Source: an uncultured cyanobacterium
GTDB lineage: Bacteria > Cyanobacteriota > Cyanobacteriia > Cyanobacteriales > Nostocaceae
Assembly: GCA_963740315.1 (NCBI GenBank)
Contig: CAVUDP010000001.1
Location: 1,152,001 to 1,216,000 of the forward strand
Direction of reading: 5' to 3'
Length of the DNA stretch: 64,000 bases
Positions 19,452 through 30,972 of this stretch are shown one piece after another; within the stretch, counting starts at the first letter, position 1; every line of letters starts with the position of its first letter. The notes below the pieces were generated by a model. That model saw nothing but the letters and a program-made list of their open reading frames with translations. It made no database searches and was not told the DNA's origin. The position numbers and the translations under genes were made by a program.

Positions 19452-20405
19452 TTACTTCTTCTCCACGCCACTTGTTTTCAAAACATCGCTTATGGTGTCG
19501 CAGTGGTTTGGTAAGTTGAAGGTGGTGGGATTGACTATTTCTTCGTAGGTGAAGTGGCGATATTTCATGCAGAATTTATCCCATGCAGCCATCTCAATTT
19601 TGAAAGTTTTAATGATTACATCTGCTAAAGATGAAGATAGAGGAATGCGGAAGTAAATCTTTTTGTCAAAGTACTCGCAAATTTCTTCTATTGCTTCGTT
19701 TGCGGTAATTTTTTCTTGCCCTAAAACGTATTTTCTCGGTTCCTCTTCTTTGGGAGGATTGTCGATTAGATGTTTAATTACGGTAGCAATGTCTTTTCCG
19801 TGGATGAAGTGAAAGCTACCATCTGCTTTCAAAAAACGAATTAAATCGATGTGTTTCGTTACTTCGGGAATACCAGACGTTACAGCAGAAAGCGGTTTAT
19901 TTTCATCGCCACCCACAACTAATGTGGGGAAAACTTTTGTAATTTTAGGTGCGATCGCTAGTTTTGAAAATTTTCGCAAGCAGTCAAATTTGGAACGAAT
20001 GTAATCTGTACCAAGCTCTCCTGCTTGTTTGAGGGGTTGATTTTTGCTATCTAAAACGCTTGCTGTAGAGAAATAAATTACCTGTTCGCATTTTTCAACA
20101 TCTAACAGGTTGAGTAATTCAATTGTTTTGACTACATTTACATCAAAAGTTCCCGCACCACCCCAAGCGGTTGCGGTTAAAACGGCTACATCTATAGTTT
20201 TGAGTAAGTCAGTTAAATCCGCGATTTTCTGCATATCACCATGCAAAATATGGACACCAGAACGCGCCTGGGTATCAACTTTCAATTTGTCTGGATTTCT
20301 TACCAACAAATAAAGTTCGTGTTCGGTTTCTTGTATCAACAATTCACTAATGTAATGACCTATACAGCCACTTGCACCAGTTACTAAAATCCGCTTCTGG
20401 CTCAT
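19452..20405 (-). CDS. NAD(P)-dependent epimerase/dehydratase family oxidoreductase
   Basis: TGASGCIG, FSTAS and YIRSK motifs; downstream of hemE. Confidence 0.88.
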   Translation of the reverse strand: MSQKRILVTGASGCIGHYISELLIQETEHELYLLVRNPDKLKVDTQARSGVHILHGDMQKIADLTDLLKTIDVAVLTATAWGGAGTFDVNVVKTIELLNLLDVEKCEQVIYFSTASVLDSKNQPLKQAGELGTDYIRSKFDCLRKFSKLAIAPKITKVFPTLVVGGDENKPLSAVTSGIPEVTKHIDLIRFLKADGSFHFIHGKDIATVIKHLIDNPPKEEEPRKYVLGQEKITANEAIEEICEYFDKKIYFRIPLSSSLADVIIKTFKIEMAAWDKFCMKYRHFTYEEIVNPTTFNLPNHCDTISDVLKTSGVEKK

Positions 20406-20586
20406 AGAATAATCTTAAGTTTTTATTGTTAGATGATTGTAATTACTTTTAACTTTTATACTCACAACTAACAACTACAGCCAGATACCAAAAGTGTCGG
20501 GATGAAAAAAAGAGATGGGGAGATGGGGAGACAAGGGATTGGGGAGACAAGGAGATGGGGGGATGGGGAGAAATAAAAAGTTAGGA

Positions 20587-20634
20587 GTACTTCGACAAGT
20601 CTTACAGTGAGCTACGTCGAACTGCTCAGTAACC
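20587..20634. repeat. small dispersed repeat GTACTTCGACAAG-[25 nt insert]-CTCAGTAACC
   Basis: Identical copy at 36721-36768; insert-free reverse-complement copy at 19381-19403. Confidence 0.9.
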
Positions 20635-20762
20635 TTATTAAGTTAGGAGTTAGGAGTTAGGAGTTAGGAGTTAAAAGTTAAGAATTATTTTCTCCTTGTC
20701 CCCTTGTCTCCCCACCTCCCCATCTCCCCATCCCTTCATCCCCTCTACCCCCTATAAATTAT

Positions 20763-21839
20763 CTACTTTGCAGCCGTCAATACTTCGCTTTTAGCTGTAT
20801 TCAACTGCTTGGCGGTTTCAAAGAAGAATGCGACGTTTTCTTCTGGCGTGGTGGGTAAAACACCATGTCCGAGGTTGAGAATGTGACCCCAATTTCCGGC
20901 TTTGCGAACGGTATCGTGAATGCGATCTCTTATAAATTCTTTGGAACCGAAAAGTACTCCAGGATCGAGATTTCCCTGTACTTTCATTTCTTTACCCAAT
21001 CTGGCTCGCGCATCTGCCATGTCTACCGTCCAATCTACGTTGACGATATCGGCTCCGGATTGACTCATTCTTTCTAATAAACCAGCACTTCCGCTGACTA
21101 AAAGAATTAATGGTGTATCTGGATGGGTTTGCTTGACTTGCTCGAAGACTCTTTTTTGATAAGGTAAAGCAAAAGTTTCGTAATCTTGGGGACTCAATTG
21201 ACCTGCCCAAGAATCAAACATCTGTACTACTTGAGCGCCGCAGTCAATTTGATAGCGGACGTAAGTAGCGATGGAATCGGATAATTTTGTTAGCAGTTGA
21301 TGCAGAATGGCTGGTTCTGAAAAAGCCATATTCTTAATAATCGAATAGGTTTTAGAACCTTTTCCTTCTACTGCATAAGCTGCTAAAGTCCACGGCGCAC
21401 CGACAAAACCGAGTACTGTTGATTTATTGCCTACTTCCGATCGCAACGACTCCAAAATAGTTTTGATAAATGGCAAGGATTCGTCTGGCTGTAACGGATA
21501 CAGGCTATCAACTTGTTCTTGGGTACGAATAGGATTTTCAATAACGGGACCTTTTCCTTCGGCGATATCCATTTCAATACCGATACCGGGTAAAGGAGTC
21601 ACGATATCGGAGAACAAAATTACGCCATCTGGTTGAAAAGCTTTCCAAGGTTGTAGCGAAACTTCGATCGCAACTTCGGGAATTTCCGAGCGCTGGCGAA
21701 ATGAAGGGTATTTTTCCCTTAAGTCGCGATAAGCTTTCATATATCGTCCAGCCTGCCGCATCATCCACACGGGGGGACGTTCTACAACTTCTCCACGAGC
21801 GGCTCGGAGCAAATGAGGCGTGTTAGAGGAAACACCCAT
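20763..21839 (-). CDS. hemE: uroporphyrinogen decarboxylase
   Basis: [24 protein letters not shown] and NLGHGV motifs. Confidence 0.97.
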   Translation of the reverse strand: MGVSSNTPHLLRAARGEVVERPPVWMMRQAGRYMKAYRDLREKYPSFRQRSEIPEVAIEVSLQPWKAFQPDGVILFSDIVTPLPGIGIEMDIAEGKGPVIENPIRTQEQVDSLYPLQPDESLPFIKTILESLRSEVGNKSTVLGFVGAPWTLAAYAVEGKGSKTYSIIKNMAFSEPAILHQLLTKLSDSIATYVRYQIDCGAQVVQMFDSWAGQLSPQDYETFALPYQKRVFEQVKQTHPDTPLILLVSGSAGLLERMSQSGADIVNVDWTVDMADARARLGKEMKVQGNLDPGVLFGSKEFIRDRIHDTVRKAGNWGHILNLGHGVLPTTPEENVAFFFETAKQLNTAKSEVLTAAK

Positions 21840-22211
21840 TTAATAATTCTTCCTAAATAACTAGTTTATTTAACCTATGATGTTTCTCAGATTATCATTC
21901 TTTGATTGCGCTTGTTCGGGCTTTTTGTTGCAAAATATTAAGTTGTCAAGTAAAAATTTTACAATTCTAAAGCTATTAACTTAGCTATCAATTTCTTTCG
22001 AATCGCGATCGTACTGCGAGCTATTTTCAATCACTTCTAACTCGCTATTTTAAATCACTTAAAATATAATAAGTATTAATTAAAAATAATCCGTCGTCTT
22101 TCCCTAATTTCCTGGAAAAACGACCAACTTAATTACTAGAGACGCGGCTGCTGAACCAATGTCTCCCCAATACCTTCACAACAAGTCTTTGAGAAAGACT
22201 TACATTGATTT

Positions 22212-23657
22212 ATGCAGCCAAAATTAAAGCGTCTCTTGCGTGCTTTGTCGCGGCAAGGATTGGATGTCACTTACAATAATTCAATTTATTCGGTTCGATT
22301 AAGTAATAAAACTGATGCACCTGTTGCAGAAGTATTATTACCAGAAAGTTTTCCTGTAGAAGCAAAAGCGCTCAAACAGTTAGCCAATCTTGCTGATGTT
22401 CGCCATCCTGCGGGTGGTTATGTTTGCAAATGTCATGCTACACCAGACTTTCATCCAGGTGATGCCGGGATTGCGATCGGTTCGGTGGTGCAAACTGAAA
22501 ACATGGTGATTCCTGCTGCCACAGGTTCGGATATTAACTGTGGAATGCGTCTGCACGTTGCCGATTTGACGGTTGATGCATTTTTAGCAAAGCGCGATCG
22601 GTTCGTGGAACTGATGAAAGGCGATTACTTTTTCGGTACTCGCGATGTCACCATGTCAGGGTTAGCGATGCAGGCTTTATTTGAGTATGGTGTTCCCGGT
22701 TGGTTAGATGCAATGTTGGATAAAGCTACCGGAAGCGTGGCGAAATCGAACTTAGAACAGTTAGCGCGAGAAAGCGACAATATTTTTCTCGGTGGTTCGA
22801 TGGATGGTAATTGGCGACTTGCACCGAACGAACTTGTACCCGATGGTGGATTCGTGCGCGATGGTGGATTGGCAACTATCGGCGGTGGAAATCATTTTGT
22901 AGAAGTTCAGCGCGTCGATAAAATTGTAAATTCAGCTTTAGCTTACGCTTGGGGAATCAAAGAAGGACAAATTGCTTTTATGGTTCATTCCGGTTCCCGT
23001 CATGTTGGTAAATACATTGGTGGAATGTGGCGGGATAAAGCCAAAGCTGCTTGGCAACCGGGAGTTAAATATCCGCGATCGCAAATATTTCCGCTTTCAA
23101 TAAATTCTCATCCCGAATTAGTTGCAGGTTATTTGCAAGCTGAAGCGACTGCTGCAAACTATGGTTTTATCAATCGTTTGCTGTTAGCGGAGTTACTGCG
23201 TTTACGCTTGCGGGAAATTTATGGAGATGTGGAAGCGCCTTTAGTTTACGATCTACCGCACAATATTACGTTACCCGTTAAATCCAAAATATCACAGTGG
23301 ATAACTCGTAAAGGTGCTTGCCCAGCCAATCTAGGACAACCCGTAATTATTCCCGGTTCGATGGGTGCTGAGTCTTACTTATGTGTTGGTAAAGGCGATC
23401 GTAATTTTTCTAATTCTGCTTCTCATGGTGCGGGAAGATTGCGTAGTCGATTTGACCTCAGTCGTGGAGGTGCATCGCAAAATGAGGCAGATTTGGGATT
23501 AACTGGAGTTGACTGTATTACCTTACGCGAAGAAAGACGAATTGAAGAAGCACCCGTTGCTTATAAACCAATTCAGTCAGTAATTGACGTGCAGGTGAAA
23601 GCAGGAATTATCGATGTTGTAGCGCGGTTGAGTCCAATTTTGACTTTTAAAGCTTAA
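22212..23657 (+). CDS. rtcB: RtcB family RNA ligase
   Basis: PDFHPG, DINCG, GGGNHFVE, HSGSR, RKGA, PGSM, SHGAGR and EEAPVAYK motifs. Confidence 0.93.
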   Translation: MQPKLKRLLRALSRQGLDVTYNNSIYSVRLSNKTDAPVAEVLLPESFPVEAKALKQLANLADVRHPAGGYVCKCHATPDFHPGDAGIAIGSVVQTENMVIPAATGSDINCGMRLHVADLTVDAFLAKRDRFVELMKGDYFFGTRDVTMSGLAMQALFEYGVPGWLDAMLDKATGSVAKSNLEQLARESDNIFLGGSMDGNWRLAPNELVPDGGFVRDGGLATIGGGNHFVEVQRVDKIVNSALAYAWGIKEGQIAFMVHSGSRHVGKYIGGMWRDKAKAAWQPGVKYPRSQIFPLSINSHPELVAGYLQAEATAANYGFINRLLLAELLRLRLREIYGDVEAPLVYDLPHNITLPVKSKISQWITRKGACPANLGQPVIIPGSMGAESYLCVGKGDRNFSNSASHGAGRLRSRFDLSRGGASQNEADLGLTGVDCITLREERRIEEAPVAYKPIQSVIDVQVKAGIIDVVARLSPILTFKA

Positions 23658-24060
23658 AAGGTTCGTAGTAAGTGCTGTCTTCGCCTCATATTACCGAATC
23701 CGGAGGGGCTGAAGCCCTTACTACGAACCTATCAAAATTAATGAAAAAGACCACTACTACTCTTTTCGATCGGTTTTGAAGGGTAAAAAGGTTCGTAGTA
23801 AGCGCTGTCTTCGCTCCGGATTTGGGGAACCGATGCCCTTACTACAAACCTATCAAATACGTAAATAACGTTGAGAAGGCTAACTTTGTGTTTCTTGCAG
23901 GACACGCTACGCTAACCTTATAGTTACGTAACTCCTGAGTTTATTAAAATACTTATATAATGTAAGATTTAGTTAAAAGGGAAGAAGCAATATTTAGGTT
24001 TTAAGGATCGATTCCATAAATATTGACTTTAGTTTTTTAAAAATTAATATTTTAACTTCC

Positions 24061-25224
24061 ATGAAGCTAAGAAAATCAGTTTTAAAAGAAAGGGTATTAT
24101 TTCTAATATCTCTCCTGTTAATTTTGATTAGCTTTATTTATTTTTCGCTGGGTTTTTACGATTTACTCATAACAAAAACTCGTGCTTTTGATTTATTTTC
24201 ACGATGGCAAGAACAACAATATATATATCGGGGGCTTTATCCTTATGATGCGATGAAAGGTTCTCCCAATATCATTCCCGAAATTGGAGTTATAGATTCA
24301 GGTGGATATCCTCCTTGGGCATTTTTCACCGGATTTATGTTTTTACCTCCTATTTCTTGGGAATTAACTCGCTTATATCATGTAACTTTAAATATTGTCT
24401 CAATTTTCGTTTTAGCAGTTTTTGCTTATCAGATTGGAATCCCTTATGGTAAGTCAAAAGCATTATTTACTTTAACTGCTTGCTTGGCAGTTAGCAGTCA
24501 TAAATCTACACTTGAAATGGGTCAATATGGAATTATTCTTAATGCTTTCTTAATTTTAACTTTTTGGCTGATTCAAAAAAATAAAAATATTTGGGCTGGT
24601 TTAATATTTGGAATTGCAATGGTCAAACCGAATATTTCAGCACCATACTTTTTGATATTGTTAATTCAAAGACGTTTTAAAGCAATTTTATCTTTCTCTC
24701 TTTACATCATTTTTGGCAGTCTTAATATTTGGATAATTACTAAATTAACTCCTATTTATATGCTCAATAAAATTTTTAAACAGTCAAAATATTTTGCAGA
24801 TAAGGGATATTCGGGAATTCATGCTTTTACTGCTTTAGGTTTTGACCCCAAACAAGCAACCTTTTTACTAGGGATAATTGGTATATTCGTAATTACTATA
24901 ATTATCTATCTTTGCCGCAATTACTCTTTACTCAATCTATTCGCGATTTGCTCTGTTATTGGTAGAATTTGTATTTATCATAGAATTTATGACAATCTGA
25001 TGTTAGTATTTTTACTCTTAGCTATTATTAAAATTACTTTGGAAAAACCGAATAAATTAAATATATTTTTTCTAAGTTTAGTTTCATTGAGCTTATGGTT
25101 GCCAGCAATATTTATAGATTTTTTTAAATTAGAATTTATTCAAATCATTATTTGGTTAATTGCTTTAGGACATATCTTAATACAAGGTAAGCAAAAAAAA
25201 TTATTCCTGATAAAATCTAACTAA
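24061..25224 (+). CDS. GT87/DUF2029 family membrane glycosyltransferase
   Basis: YPPW, MGQY, KP and YHRIYD motifs in a multi-TM protein. Confidence 0.75.
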   Translation: MKLRKSVLKERVLFLISLLLILISFIYFSLGFYDLLITKTRAFDLFSRWQEQQYIYRGLYPYDAMKGSPNIIPEIGVIDSGGYPPWAFFTGFMFLPPISWELTRLYHVTLNIVSIFVLAVFAYQIGIPYGKSKALFTLTACLAVSSHKSTLEMGQYGIILNAFLILTFWLIQKNKNIWAGLIFGIAMVKPNISAPYFLILLIQRRFKAILSFSLYIIFGSLNIWIITKLTPIYMLNKIFKQSKYFADKGYSGIHAFTALGFDPKQATFLLGIIGIFVITIIIYLCRNYSLLNLFAICSVIGRICIYHRIYDNLMLVFLLLAIIKITLEKPNKLNIFFLSLVSLSLWLPAIFIDFFKLEFIQIIIWLIALGHILIQGKQKKLFLIKSN

Positions 25225-25226
25225 TA

Positions 25227-26102
25227 TTATTTATCGGTATTACCTTTTTTCCCACTTGCTAAAATAAATACCGTAATTTCCGGACGCGAACCAAATCGCA
25301 AATGCAGTCCAGTCATACCGACACCTCGATTGGTGTATTCAAACATTTTTCCTACTTGATAAAGACCAGCATAATATTTTTTACCTAAACCTGGAAGTTT
25401 GGGTGGTTTTATAAAAGGTAAACGTATTTGTCCGGCATGAGAATGTCCCGACAATTGCAAATCAAATCGATTTGTTGCAGAACTGGTATCGGCAAAATCT
25501 GGTTCGTGTGCGAGTAGAATTGCTGCACCATCAGTAGGTAATTGTTGTAATACTAAGTCTAAACGGTCTTTACCCACCCAAACATCATCTACACCCGCAA
25601 TATGCAGCATAGCATTATCTCGTTTTACGGTATAAACTTTATTAGCAAGATTCAGAACATCGGTTTGTTCTAAAGCTTCGGTAATTTTTGTAGCATCTGC
25701 CCAATAATCATGATTACCTAATACTCCTACTGTTTTATAAGAAGTACTTAGTTGACCTAAAGTAGCTTTTAGTTTAGGAATAAATTTAATTTGACGACGA
25801 GTTACAAAATCTCCGGTAATCGCAATTAAATCTGGTTTCTGTTGATTTACAAGCTGAAAAATACGATTCAATCGCCGTTTTTGAGTTTGTCTGTCAACAT
25901 GAATATCGCTGATTTGGACGATGCGATAGCCGTTAAATTCTGTTGCTAAATGTGGTAATTTGAGTCGCACATAATTGATATCAATCCAATTCGGTTCAAT
26001 ATAATGAGCGTAGAATAAAGCACAAGTAATTCCAATAAAAATAATTTTACTCAAATTTGACGGTATTCGAGCTTTTAAAACCAATTTGTATTTATTCATC
26101 AA
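25227..26102 (-). CDS. metallophosphoesterase (YkuE-like)
   Basis: SDIH, TGD, GNHD, HEPD and SGHSHAGQ motifs. Confidence 0.92.
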   Translation of the reverse strand: MMNKYKLVLKARIPSNLSKIIFIGITCALFYAHYIEPNWIDINYVRLKLPHLATEFNGYRIVQISDIHVDRQTQKRRLNRIFQLVNQQKPDLIAITGDFVTRRQIKFIPKLKATLGQLSTSYKTVGVLGNHDYWADATKITEALEQTDVLNLANKVYTVKRDNAMLHIAGVDDVWVGKDRLDLVLQQLPTDGAAILLAHEPDFADTSSATNRFDLQLSGHSHAGQIRLPFIKPPKLPGLGKKYYAGLYQVGKMFEYTNRGVGMTGLHLRFGSRPEITVFILASGKKGNTDK

Positions 26103-26202
26103 TGCTTTTTTGACTCAATTATTTATTCCGTAAGTGCCAGTATTGTGAATAGTTTCACTTATATAGTTACAATAATAGTTTGAAGCTTTACCGAATCTTT
26201 TT

Positions 26203-27576
26203 ATGAGACTTCCTATAGTAGCTATTATCGGTCGCCCTAACGTGGGCAAATCAACCATAGTCAATCGTTTAGCCAAACAACAATCGGCGATCGTTCACGA
26301 TGAACCTGGAGTTACCAGAGACAGAACTTACTTAAATGCATTTTGGCGCGATCGCGAATTCATGGTAGTGGATACGGGTGGGTTGATATTCAATGACGAT
26401 ACGGAATTTTTGCCGTTAATTCGTCAGCAAGCAATGATAGCCTTAGCTGAAGCTAGTGCGGCTATTTTGGTTGTAGATGGACAACTCGGTGCTACACCGG
26501 CAGATGAGGAAATTGCTGAGTGGCTGCGACATCAGTCGATACCCGTATTGCTTGCTGTGAATAAATGCGAATCACCAGATATGGGATTGGTTCAAGCTGC
26601 TGATTTTTGGCAGTTGGGATTGGGCGAACCTTATCCGATGTCGGGAATTCACGGTAATGGTACCGGAGAATTGTTGGATGCATTGGTCGATCATCTTCCA
26701 GAAACTTCTGAGATTGAAGACAATAATGAGATTAAAATTGCAATTATCGGACGACCAAATGTCGGTAAATCGAGTTTACTAAATTCTTTTGTTGGCGAAG
26801 AAAGGGCAATTGTTAGTCCAATTTCCGGCACTACTCGCGATGCAATTGATACCTTCCTTGAAAAAGAAGGGCAAGTTTATCGTTTGATTGATACAGCGGG
26901 TATTAGAAGAAAGAAAAACATTGATTACGGTACGGAATTCTTTAGCATTAACCGTGCTTTTAAAGCAATTCGTCGTTGCGATGTGGTGTTATTTGTGATT
27001 GATGCCCTTGATGGTATCACCGACCAGGATCAAAAATTAGCGGGAAGAATAATTGATGAAGGTCGGGCTTGCATAATGGTTGTAAATAAATGGGATGCGA
27101 TCGAAAAAGATTCTAATACCATTTACGAGTACGAAAAACATCTGTCGGGGAGACTGCATTTTTCCGATTGGGCTGAAACTATTTTTGTCAGCGCTTTAAC
27201 GGGACAACGTGTACAAAAAATATTAGATTTAGTCAATCAAGCAGTAGAACAACACAAACGCCGGGTAAGCACTTCAGTAATTAACGAAGTTTTAGAAGAA
27301 GCCACCCGCTGGCATTCACCACCGGCTAGTCGTAGTGGTAAACAAGGAAGAATTTATTACGGAACTCAAGTTAGTACCGAACCCCCTACCATTGCCTTGT
27401 TCGTCAACGAAGCAAAACGTTTCAACGACAATTACCGTCGTTATATCGAGCGTCAATTCCGACAACAATTAGGTTTTAAAGGTACTCCGATTCGTCTTTT
27501 ATGGCGAAGCAAGAAAACTCGCGACATGGAAAATAATGTCGCCGCTAACAGGGCTACTAAAGTCTGGGCACATTAA
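26203..27576 (+). CDS. der: ribosome biogenesis GTPase Der (EngA)
   Basis: Two GRPNVGKS G-domains, DTGG/DTAG, NKWD, C-terminal KH-like domain. Confidence 0.97.
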   Translation: MRLPIVAIIGRPNVGKSTIVNRLAKQQSAIVHDEPGVTRDRTYLNAFWRDREFMVVDTGGLIFNDDTEFLPLIRQQAMIALAEASAAILVVDGQLGATPADEEIAEWLRHQSIPVLLAVNKCESPDMGLVQAADFWQLGLGEPYPMSGIHGNGTGELLDALVDHLPETSEIEDNNEIKIAIIGRPNVGKSSLLNSFVGEERAIVSPISGTTRDAIDTFLEKEGQVYRLIDTAGIRRKKNIDYGTEFFSINRAFKAIRRCDVVLFVIDALDGITDQDQKLAGRIIDEGRACIMVVNKWDAIEKDSNTIYEYEKHLSGRLHFSDWAETIFVSALTGQRVQKILDLVNQAVEQHKRRVSTSVINEVLEEATRWHSPPASRSGKQGRIYYGTQVSTEPPTIALFVNEAKRFNDNYRRYIERQFRQQLGFKGTPIRLLWRSKKTRDMENNVAANRATKVWAH

Positions 27577-27712
27577 AGGTTAAAGGTTAAAGGTCAAAGG
27601 TCTGCATGTTAAAGGTTAAAGGTTAAAATATACAATTCCTAACTTTTAACTTTTAACAATTAATAAGTAACAACTAACTCTTAAGAATTAATAACTAATA
27701 ATTAACTCCTAA

Positions 27713-28639
27713 ATGGATTTATTACGTTCTCTACCGCTAGGACTTTATTTAGAACAACCAATAACTTGGCTGCATAAACTCGACCCACGAGTTAAATTTA
27801 TATGGTTGATGAGCTTTCTAACTACTTATATTTTTGCTAGTACTTTGTGGCGTGTAATATTAGTTTTTTTACTAATTTTTACTACATTGATTTCCGGAAT
27901 TCCCAGGAGAGTGTGGCGGAAACAAATGGGTTATTTGCTATCAGTTTGCTGTCTAGTTTTGATTATTGCATCTCTTAGTCCCGATGGAATGGGGATTGAT
28001 TATCAACCGCGCTTACCCGAACAGCAGATTGTAAACCGACCGCCAAGTTCTGATAGTGCTAAAAATCCAATTTTATCAATATTCGATCCTCAAGAATATA
28101 ATTATGTATTGTTTGCTAAAGGACCCGTAAAAGTAACGCGACATTCTTTTGATTTAGCGGTGCGTTTAAGCACTATATTTTTTACAATTTTATACAGTAC
28201 TACCTTATATTTATTAACAACTGCTCCAGAAGAAATCACCGCTGGTATCGAAAGTTTGATGCAACCCTTAAGGCGATTTAATGTCCCAGTCACCGAAATT
28301 GCTTTGACTTTAACTTTATCTCTACGTTTTATTCCTCTTGTTTTAGAAGAAATCCAAAATTTAATTCGCTCGGTAATGACTAGGGCGATTAATTGGAAAA
28401 AACTAGGATTAAAAGGAGCAGTCAAAGTTTGGATGCTGGTTGCAGAGCGGTTGTTACAAAATTTACTTTTGCGAGCAGATCAAATGGCTAACGGTATTAT
28501 GGTACGCGGTTTTACAAGTCCTAATAAACACCGAGTTAAATGGCATAATTTACGTTTAAAAACTCTTGATTGGCTAGCAATTTTAGTATTATTTGTATTT
28601 TGGGGAATGCGGTTTGCGATCGGCAATGAAATAAATTAA
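27713..28639 (+). CDS. ECF transporter transmembrane component T (CbiQ/Ycf92-like)
   Basis: LHKLDPRVK, LLTTAPEEI, LSLRFIP and MVRGF motifs. Confidence 0.9.
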   Translation: MDLLRSLPLGLYLEQPITWLHKLDPRVKFIWLMSFLTTYIFASTLWRVILVFLLIFTTLISGIPRRVWRKQMGYLLSVCCLVLIIASLSPDGMGIDYQPRLPEQQIVNRPPSSDSAKNPILSIFDPQEYNYVLFAKGPVKVTRHSFDLAVRLSTIFFTILYSTTLYLLTTAPEEITAGIESLMQPLRRFNVPVTEIALTLTLSLRFIPLVLEEIQNLIRSVMTRAINWKKLGLKGAVKVWMLVAERLLQNLLLRADQMANGIMVRGFTSPNKHRVKWHNLRLKTLDWLAILVLFVFWGMRFAIGNEIN

Positions 28640-28771
28640 GAGTTAGGAGTTAGGAGTTATTTAGCTGCTTGTCCCCTTTTCTCCCCCTCTTCCCCCTCTT
28701 CCCCCTCTCCCCATCTCCCCATCCCCCCATCTCCCCATCTCCCCATCTCCCCAAACCCTACTTTCCAATTG

Positions 28772-30274
28772 ATGATTAACGAACTTCAACCTTGGTATTG
28801 GCGAAAGCTTCCTTTAAAGGGACGTAGTGGTAGTAATGTTTTTGCTTGTTTGTTTATTTCTAATTCCCCCAACGAAATCGCTACTCTTTTAGAAAGTCCT
28901 TATCCAAACAATAGAGAAAATCCCCAATTAGCTCGCTATTCTATTTGTGCTGGTAATCCTCGGATAATTGATGGTGTTCCGCAGTTGTGGACACCTGATG
29001 TAGGTTCCGTATTACCTTTTCTGCAAAAATTGCTTAAAAAACAAGCGGATTTTGATTCCTCTTCTCTTCCTTTTACAGGAGGCTGGTTGGGCTGGTTGGG
29101 TTACGATGTTGCTTGGGAAATAGAGTCGCTACCAAAACTCAAATCCGATACTTTACCGTTTCCAGTCGCTTTTTGGTACGAACCTGAATGTTTTGCAGTC
29201 TTAGATCATTGCGAACAAGTTTTGTGGTTAGCCGCTAGCAATACAAGCGAACTTGATGATTTAGAAGATAAACTTCAGCTACCATTGCCGAATCACAAAG
29301 CTCAACGCCCATCTTCCGATACTCAATTACCTACCTTAGAATTACTTACCTCTCAAGCTGATTATGAAGCGGCTGTTTTGAAAGCAAAAGAGTATATTCA
29401 AGCAGGCGATATTTTTCAAACTAATCTGTCTGTCCGCTTTGAAACTCAAACTACAGCTTCTGGATGGGAAATTTATCAAGCTTTACAAAAAATAAATCCT
29501 TCACCTTTTGCTTGCTATTTTAAAACTCCGATTGGTGAAGTTGTTAGCTGCTCGCCGGAAAGATTAGTCCAAGTATCCGGGAATCAAGCTCAAACTCGAC
29601 CGATCGCGGGTACTCGGAAGCGCGGTAAAACTCCCGAAGAAGATCGGCAATTAGCTGTGGAATTGCTTAGTAATAGCAAGGAACGCGCCGAACACATTAT
29701 GCTCGTAGATTTGGAGCGCAACGACTTGGGACGAGTTTGTGAATGGGGAAGCGTCAAAGTAGATGAATTGCTGACAATCGAGCGCTATAGTCATGTAATG
29801 CATCTGGTTAGTAATATTACGGGGACTCTCAGATGCGATCGCTCGCCACAACTGCATTCCCGAAATACTACAGTTAATTTAATTAGTGCCATGTTCCCAG
29901 GCGGTACGATCGCGGGCTGTCCCAAAGTTCGCTGCATGGAAATTATTGAGGAACTCGAACCTGTAAAACGCAATTTATTTTATGGCTCCTGCGGGTATTT
30001 AGACTGGCGGGGTAATTTAGATTTAAACATCTTGATTCGTACTTTATTAGTGGCTCCTCAAGTAAATAAGTCTTTAAACCCTCTTGCTCCAGCGGACATT
30101 ACACCATATGATTTGTTTAGCTCCATACAATCATCAAGCAGCAACCTACATTACCCAATCAATTCTGTTTGGGGACAAGTAGGAGCCGGAATTGTCGCAG
30201 ATAGTAATCCTCAGAAAGAATGGTATGAATCTCTGCACAAAGCACAAGCACTTTTCAAGGCACTACATATTTGA
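28772..30274 (+). CDS. anthranilate synthase component I family protein (PabB/TrpE-like)
   Basis: FTGGWLG, SPERL, RPIAGTR, AEHIMLVDLERND and GAGIV motifs. Confidence 0.9.
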   Translation: MINELQPWYWRKLPLKGRSGSNVFACLFISNSPNEIATLLESPYPNNRENPQLARYSICAGNPRIIDGVPQLWTPDVGSVLPFLQKLLKKQADFDSSSLPFTGGWLGWLGYDVAWEIESLPKLKSDTLPFPVAFWYEPECFAVLDHCEQVLWLAASNTSELDDLEDKLQLPLPNHKAQRPSSDTQLPTLELLTSQADYEAAVLKAKEYIQAGDIFQTNLSVRFETQTTASGWEIYQALQKINPSPFACYFKTPIGEVVSCSPERLVQVSGNQAQTRPIAGTRKRGKTPEEDRQLAVELLSNSKERAEHIMLVDLERNDLGRVCEWGSVKVDELLTIERYSHVMHLVSNITGTLRCDRSPQLHSRNTTVNLISAMFPGGTIAGCPKVRCMEIIEELEPVKRNLFYGSCGYLDWRGNLDLNILIRTLLVAPQVNKSLNPLAPADITPYDLFSSIQSSSSNLHYPINSVWGQVGAGIVADSNPQKEWYESLHKAQALFKALHI

Positions 30275-30693
30275 GGCATCTTCGTCATAGCATTCAAAAG
30301 TTAAAATTTGTTACTCTTGATGCTTTATTTCTAACGATTCAATTGTGAAACAATAGAATTACTTCTATGCTATGTCTTAAAACTGCCGTAAAATCTTTTT
30401 TTTACCTACAAAAGCTGATTGCCTGTATGGGTTATTTGCTGTTTTGTACAAAAAAGTTGTCGTAATTGCAGTAGAGGTTTGTAGAATCTATGGTTTTTTT
30501 GAAAAAAGAATGTAGCGGCTATTTTCCATTTTAGTTGTTTTATACGTATATACGTTTTTGTGCAAATAACTACCTTAATCGCCCTTCTGTATTCGCATCT
30601 CGAACAAATCTTCCGACAATATCTTATTAAAGAAAGTCTGACTCTTTGTTTTGTAGAGCGAAAAGATATATGTACTCGTACCTTGACTACTAA

Positions 30694-30972
30694 ATGAATT
30701 CAGAAAACTCGGAAACTTACTTGAATCATCCAACTTGGGGATTACTTTACAGAATATGTATGGTAGACCAAAGTCAAGAACTTTTTACTACGTTGTATGC
30801 TCAACGGCTCTTCTTTCTAGTAATAAACGATGAAAAAGGCGTTAAGTTCCAACCAGTAGGACGTACCGAGGCAAGAATGATGTTGGAAAATCGTTTGCGT
30901 AACTTGCGTCGAAGCGGGCAATCTATTGAGTACGATCAGCTGACTAGTATTTTTCAACGTACATTCCAATGA
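30694..30972 (+). CDS. pipX: PII/NtcA-interacting protein PipX
   Basis: ETYLNHPTWGLLY and TLYAQRLFFLV; coupled to pipY. Confidence 0.95.
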   Translation: MNSENSETYLNHPTWGLLYRICMVDQSQELFTTLYAQRLFFLVINDEKGVKFQPVGRTEARMMLENRLRNLRRSGQSIEYDQLTSIFQRTFQ

